A stretch of DNA of 64,000 bases from Gammaproteobacteria bacterium (GTDB lineage Bacteria > Pseudomonadota > Gammaproteobacteria > 21-64-14): NCBI GenBank assembly GCA_027013145.1, contig JALUXX010000011.1:192556-256555 (forward strand). Direction: 5' to 3'. Under the pieces are notes generated by a model. It ran no database searches. It had not been told where the DNA came from and saw only the letters and a list, made by a program, of their open reading frames with translations. The first letter of the stretch is position 1, and each line of letters starts with the position of its first letter. A program made the position numbers and the translations under genes. This document shows positions 61,262 through 64,000 of this stretch, one piece after another.

Positions 61262-61786
61262 ATGCGGTGCGCCGGCCGACAGCGCGGGGACATGCGCGGG
61301 ATGACGCTCATCGAGCTGGTCATCTCGATCGTGGTGATCGCCGTGGCGCTGACCGGCGTGCTCATCGCGTTCACGCAGACGGTGCGCCACAGCGCCGACC
61401 CCATGGTCACCGAGCAGGCGCTGGCGATCGCCCAGTCCTACCTCGAGGAGATCATGCTGCAGCCCTTCTCCGAGCCGCCGAACACGACCGCGCCGTGCAA
61501 CCCGGGGGCGCTGGGGCCGCAGCCGGGCGAGACGCGTGCCACCTTCGACGACGTCGGCGACTACAACGGCCTGGTCGACTCGCCCCCGCGCGACCAGTTC
61601 GGGAACCCGATGAGCCCGGGCTCGTCGCTGATCGATCTGAGCCACTACACGGTGCGGGTGACGGTCGCCTGCGCCGGCCTCAACGGTATCCCCGCCACGC
61701 AGAGCGAGCGGATCACCGTCACGGTCACCAACACCACCGTGCCGGGCGTGCCGATCACGCTCTCCGCCTACCGCACGGCCTACTGA
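61262..61786 (+). CDS. mshD: Minor pilin MshD
   Basis: G|MTLIELVISIVVI, SADPM, YLEEI, FDDVGDYNG, SAYRTAY. Confidence 0.88.
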   Translation: MRCAGRQRGDMRGMTLIELVISIVVIAVALTGVLIAFTQTVRHSADPMVTEQALAIAQSYLEEIMLQPFSEPPNTTAPCNPGALGPQPGETRATFDDVGDYNGLVDSPPRDQFGNPMSPGSSLIDLSHYTVRVTVACAGLNGIPATQSERITVTVTNTTVPGVPITLSAYRTAY

Positions 61787-61791
61787 CGCCC

Positions 61792-62778
61792 ATGCCCGCA
61801 CGCCCCCGCAGCCCCGCCGGTTTCACGCTGGTCGAGATGGTGATCGTGATCGTGATCGCGGCGGTCGTCGCCGGGCTCGCCACGGGCATCATCACGCACA
61901 CGATGTCCGGCTACCGCGACCAGGGCCGGCGCGCGACGCTCGTCGACATCGCCGACACCGCGCTCACGCGGGTCACCCGGGACGTGCGCCGCGCGCTGCC
62001 CAACAGCGTGCGCGTGGCCGACAACGCCGGCAACACCGGCACCGTCTCCTGCAGCGCGCCGGGTCAGGTGTGCGCGATCGAGTTTCTCGACGTGATCGAC
62101 GGCGGGCGCTACCGCGCCCGGCCGCCGGGGGCGACGCTCTCGTTCACCGCGAGCAGCGGGTCCTTCGACGCGCTCGGCGGGCTCTACAACCTGCCGACCC
62201 CCTATCGCGTCGGCACCGGCTCGGCCGCCTGCCTGCAGGGGACGGCCTGGTGCCTGGTGATCTACAACGTCGGCGAGCCGGCGGCGGCGCCGGTGACCTC
62301 CGGCAAGAGCGCCAACGCCTGGCTCGGCCCGGGCAGCGCGGGCGCGGGCTTCGTCGGCGACATCGCCACGGTGTCGGGGATCTCGGCGCCCTCGGGGACC
62401 CCGCCGAGCCGGACCGTGAGCTTCGACAACAGCGACCTCGACAGCGGCTCCTACCGCTGGCACTTCCCGTTCCGCTCCCCGCAGCAGCGCTTCTATATCG
62501 TCGACGGCCCGGTGAGCTACGTCTGCGACCCGGGCGCGGGCACGCTGCGCCGCTACTGGGGCTATCCGATCGGCGCCACGCAGCCCGTCGACCCGGCGGC
62601 AGCGCCGCTCGCCGGGGCCGCGAGCGCCCTGCTCGCCGACCACGTGCAGAGCTGCTACTTCGACTACCGCCCCGGGACCAGCACCCGCAGCGGCCTGCTC
62701 ACCGTGACGCTGGCGATCTCCCAGGCGGGCGAGACCGTGGCCCTGTTCCAGCAGGCCCACGTGGTGAACGCGCCGTGA
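61792..62778 (+). CDS. mshO: Minor pilin MshO
   Basis: G|FTLVEMVIVI, RDVRRALPNSVRV, GGRYR, HVVNAP. Confidence 0.88.
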   Translation: MPARPRSPAGFTLVEMVIVIVIAAVVAGLATGIITHTMSGYRDQGRRATLVDIADTALTRVTRDVRRALPNSVRVADNAGNTGTVSCSAPGQVCAIEFLDVIDGGRYRARPPGATLSFTASSGSFDALGGLYNLPTPYRVGTGSAACLQGTAWCLVIYNVGEPAAAPVTSGKSANAWLGPGSAGAGFVGDIATVSGISAPSGTPPSRTVSFDNSDLDSGSYRWHFPFRSPQQRFYIVDGPVSYVCDPGAGTLRRYWGYPIGATQPVDPAAAPLAGAASALLADHVQSCYFDYRPGTSTRSGLLTVTLAISQAGETVALFQQAHVVNAP

Positions 62779-63287
62779 GCCGCCGCGGCCGCCAAGGGGG
62801 TCGCGCCCCGCGATGGGCTTGCGCCCGGCAGGGGGGATTCTCGCTGGTGACGGCGATCTTCGTCATCGTCGTGCTGGCCGCGCTCGGGGCCTACCTGGTG
62901 ACCGTCGGTTCGACCCAGCAGACGGCCACGGCCCTGCAGATCCAGGGCGTGCGCGCCTACTTCGCCGCGCTCAGCGCGCGCGAGTGGGCCGCCTACGAGG
63001 CGACCGCGAGCCAGGCGAGCCACGACGCGATCTGCGCGCCGGGCGGGTTCACGTCGAGTTTCGCCCTGCCCGGACCGGGCCTGAAGGGCTTCCAGGCGCA
63101 GGTCGACTGCGACGACTTCGCCAACGCCCCCGCCGGCCGCAGCGGCCCCTACCAGGAGGGCGACGACTGGTACGACCTCGAGCGCATCGACGTGCGCGCC
63201 TGGAGCGGCAGCGGTCCGTCGGACCCGGACTACGTCTCCCGCACCCTGCACTCGATGGTGACCACCGGACAGCCGCTGCCGCCCTGA
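62775..63287 (+). CDS. mshP: Minor pilin MshP
   Basis: G|FSLVTAIFVIVVLAALG (no Glu5), RAYFAA, DYVSR. Confidence 0.85.
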   Translation: MSRRGRQGGRAPRWACARQGGFSLVTAIFVIVVLAALGAYLVTVGSTQQTATALQIQGVRAYFAALSAREWAAYEATASQASHDAICAPGGFTSSFALPGPGLKGFQAQVDCDDFANAPAGRSGPYQEGDDWYDLERIDVRAWSGSGPSDPDYVSRTLHSMVTTGQPLPP

Positions 63288-63296
63288 GGGTGGGAC

Positions 63297-63324
63297 TCAA
63301 GGGGCACACCCGGGCGGCCGCTAA
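63297..63324 (+). promoter_or_regulatory. Sigma28-like promoter upstream of the mshQ-like gene
   Basis: TCAAG-N15-GCCGCTAA in the intergenic gap. Confidence 0.5.
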
Positions 63325-63434
63325 CCTGCCGATCGCCTGCGATGGCGCCTTGGGAGCCCGAAGGACGGCGCACGGAGCCGCCCCGCCCACGGCGTCCGGG
63401 CGCGCAACGAACGAGGACACGCGCGGAACGGCCG

Positions 63435-64000
63435 ATGAAGCGACGACACCCCTGGAAGCCGCGACCGGCGCCCGTCCCGGCGCACCGAGGGATCGGGCCT
63501 TGCGCCCGGGTCCTGGTGTCCCTGTTGCTGATCGCGGCCGCCCTGGCCGGCACCCCACACGTCGCCCGGGCCGCGACGCCCTACGCCTACTACCCGATGG
63601 ACGAGCCGTCCTGGACGGCGGGAACCAACGGTCAGGTCGTGGACGCGAGCGGCAACGGGCAAAATGCCACCCCGGTCGGCACCGCGCAAACCATGCCGGG
63701 GAAGGTCTGTCAGGCCGGTGACTTTATGAACCCGTCTGACGGCGGGTCGGCGCGGTCTGCCGTGATCGCGCCCTTTACGCTCGGGCAGGTCTGGTCCACC
63801 CAAGGTGCCGTGGACTTCTGGTATAAACCGAGCGCCCAGATGCAGAACGGGCGCTTCCCGATCCTCTTCGACGGAGAGGATAACAACGTCGTCGGGACCT
63901 TGTTCCTAGAGCCGCGATACAACTTCATCGTCTTCGAGTTTACGGACACCAATGGAGATCTTTTCGCTGCCTTTACCTCCAAAAAACTTTCTGTAGGGGC
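63435..64000 (+). CDS. MshQ-like adhesin, LamG/ConA-like N-terminal domain (partial; runs off the window end)
   Basis: Hand translation, open to the end: signal peptide, then AYYPMDEPSWTAGTNGQVVDASGNG..GKVCQAG..AVDFWYKP. Position after mshP. Confidence 0.75.
   Translation, partial: MKRRHPWKPRPAPVPAHRGIGPCARVLVSLLLIAAALAGTPHVARAATPYAYYPMDEPSWTAGTNGQVVDASGNGQNATPVGTAQTMPGKVCQAGDFMNPSDGGSARSAVIAPFTLGQVWSTQGAVDFWYKPSAQMQNGRFPILFDGEDNNVVGTLFLEPRYNFIVFEFTDTNGDLFAAFTSKKLSVG

Overview
A high-GC gammaproteobacterial chromosomal window, mostly core genes: hemB-aroE, gor, prlC-xth-ubiD, hemCDXY, algZ/algR, argH, cyaA, lysA-dapF-xerC-hslVU, ubiEJB, envC-ctpA, ArsR-rhodanese-trxC-secB-gpsA and pyrD. A near-complete MSHA-type type IV pilus locus runs from 49.9 kb off the right end. 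Three accessory insertions stand out. (1) A divergent four-gene module sits between lysA and dapF (27.3-30.9 kb). It encodes a DUF6502-like HTH protein, a DUF5666-like exported protein, an outer-membrane beta-barrel and a small secreted protein. The two exported proteins end in the same [DEQH][IV]x[RK]P pentapeptide repeat, and the intergenic gap holds twin TGG[GA]A-N5-TCCCA palindromes around a sigma70 promoter. This is the best candidate for an undescribed system. (2) A RAYT-like Y1 HuH transposase is enclosed by perfect 21-bp inverted repeats between hemC and algR. (3) A VPLPA-CTERM surface-protein gene has a sigma54 promoter and duplicated TGT-N11-ACA enhancer sites. The MSHA locus also carries a sigma54 promoter, a FleQ-like box and four sigma28-like internal promoters. 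All family calls come from motif recognition by eye; no database searches were run. Start codons were refined by hand and some are uncertain. No rRNA, tRNA or CRISPR array was seen.
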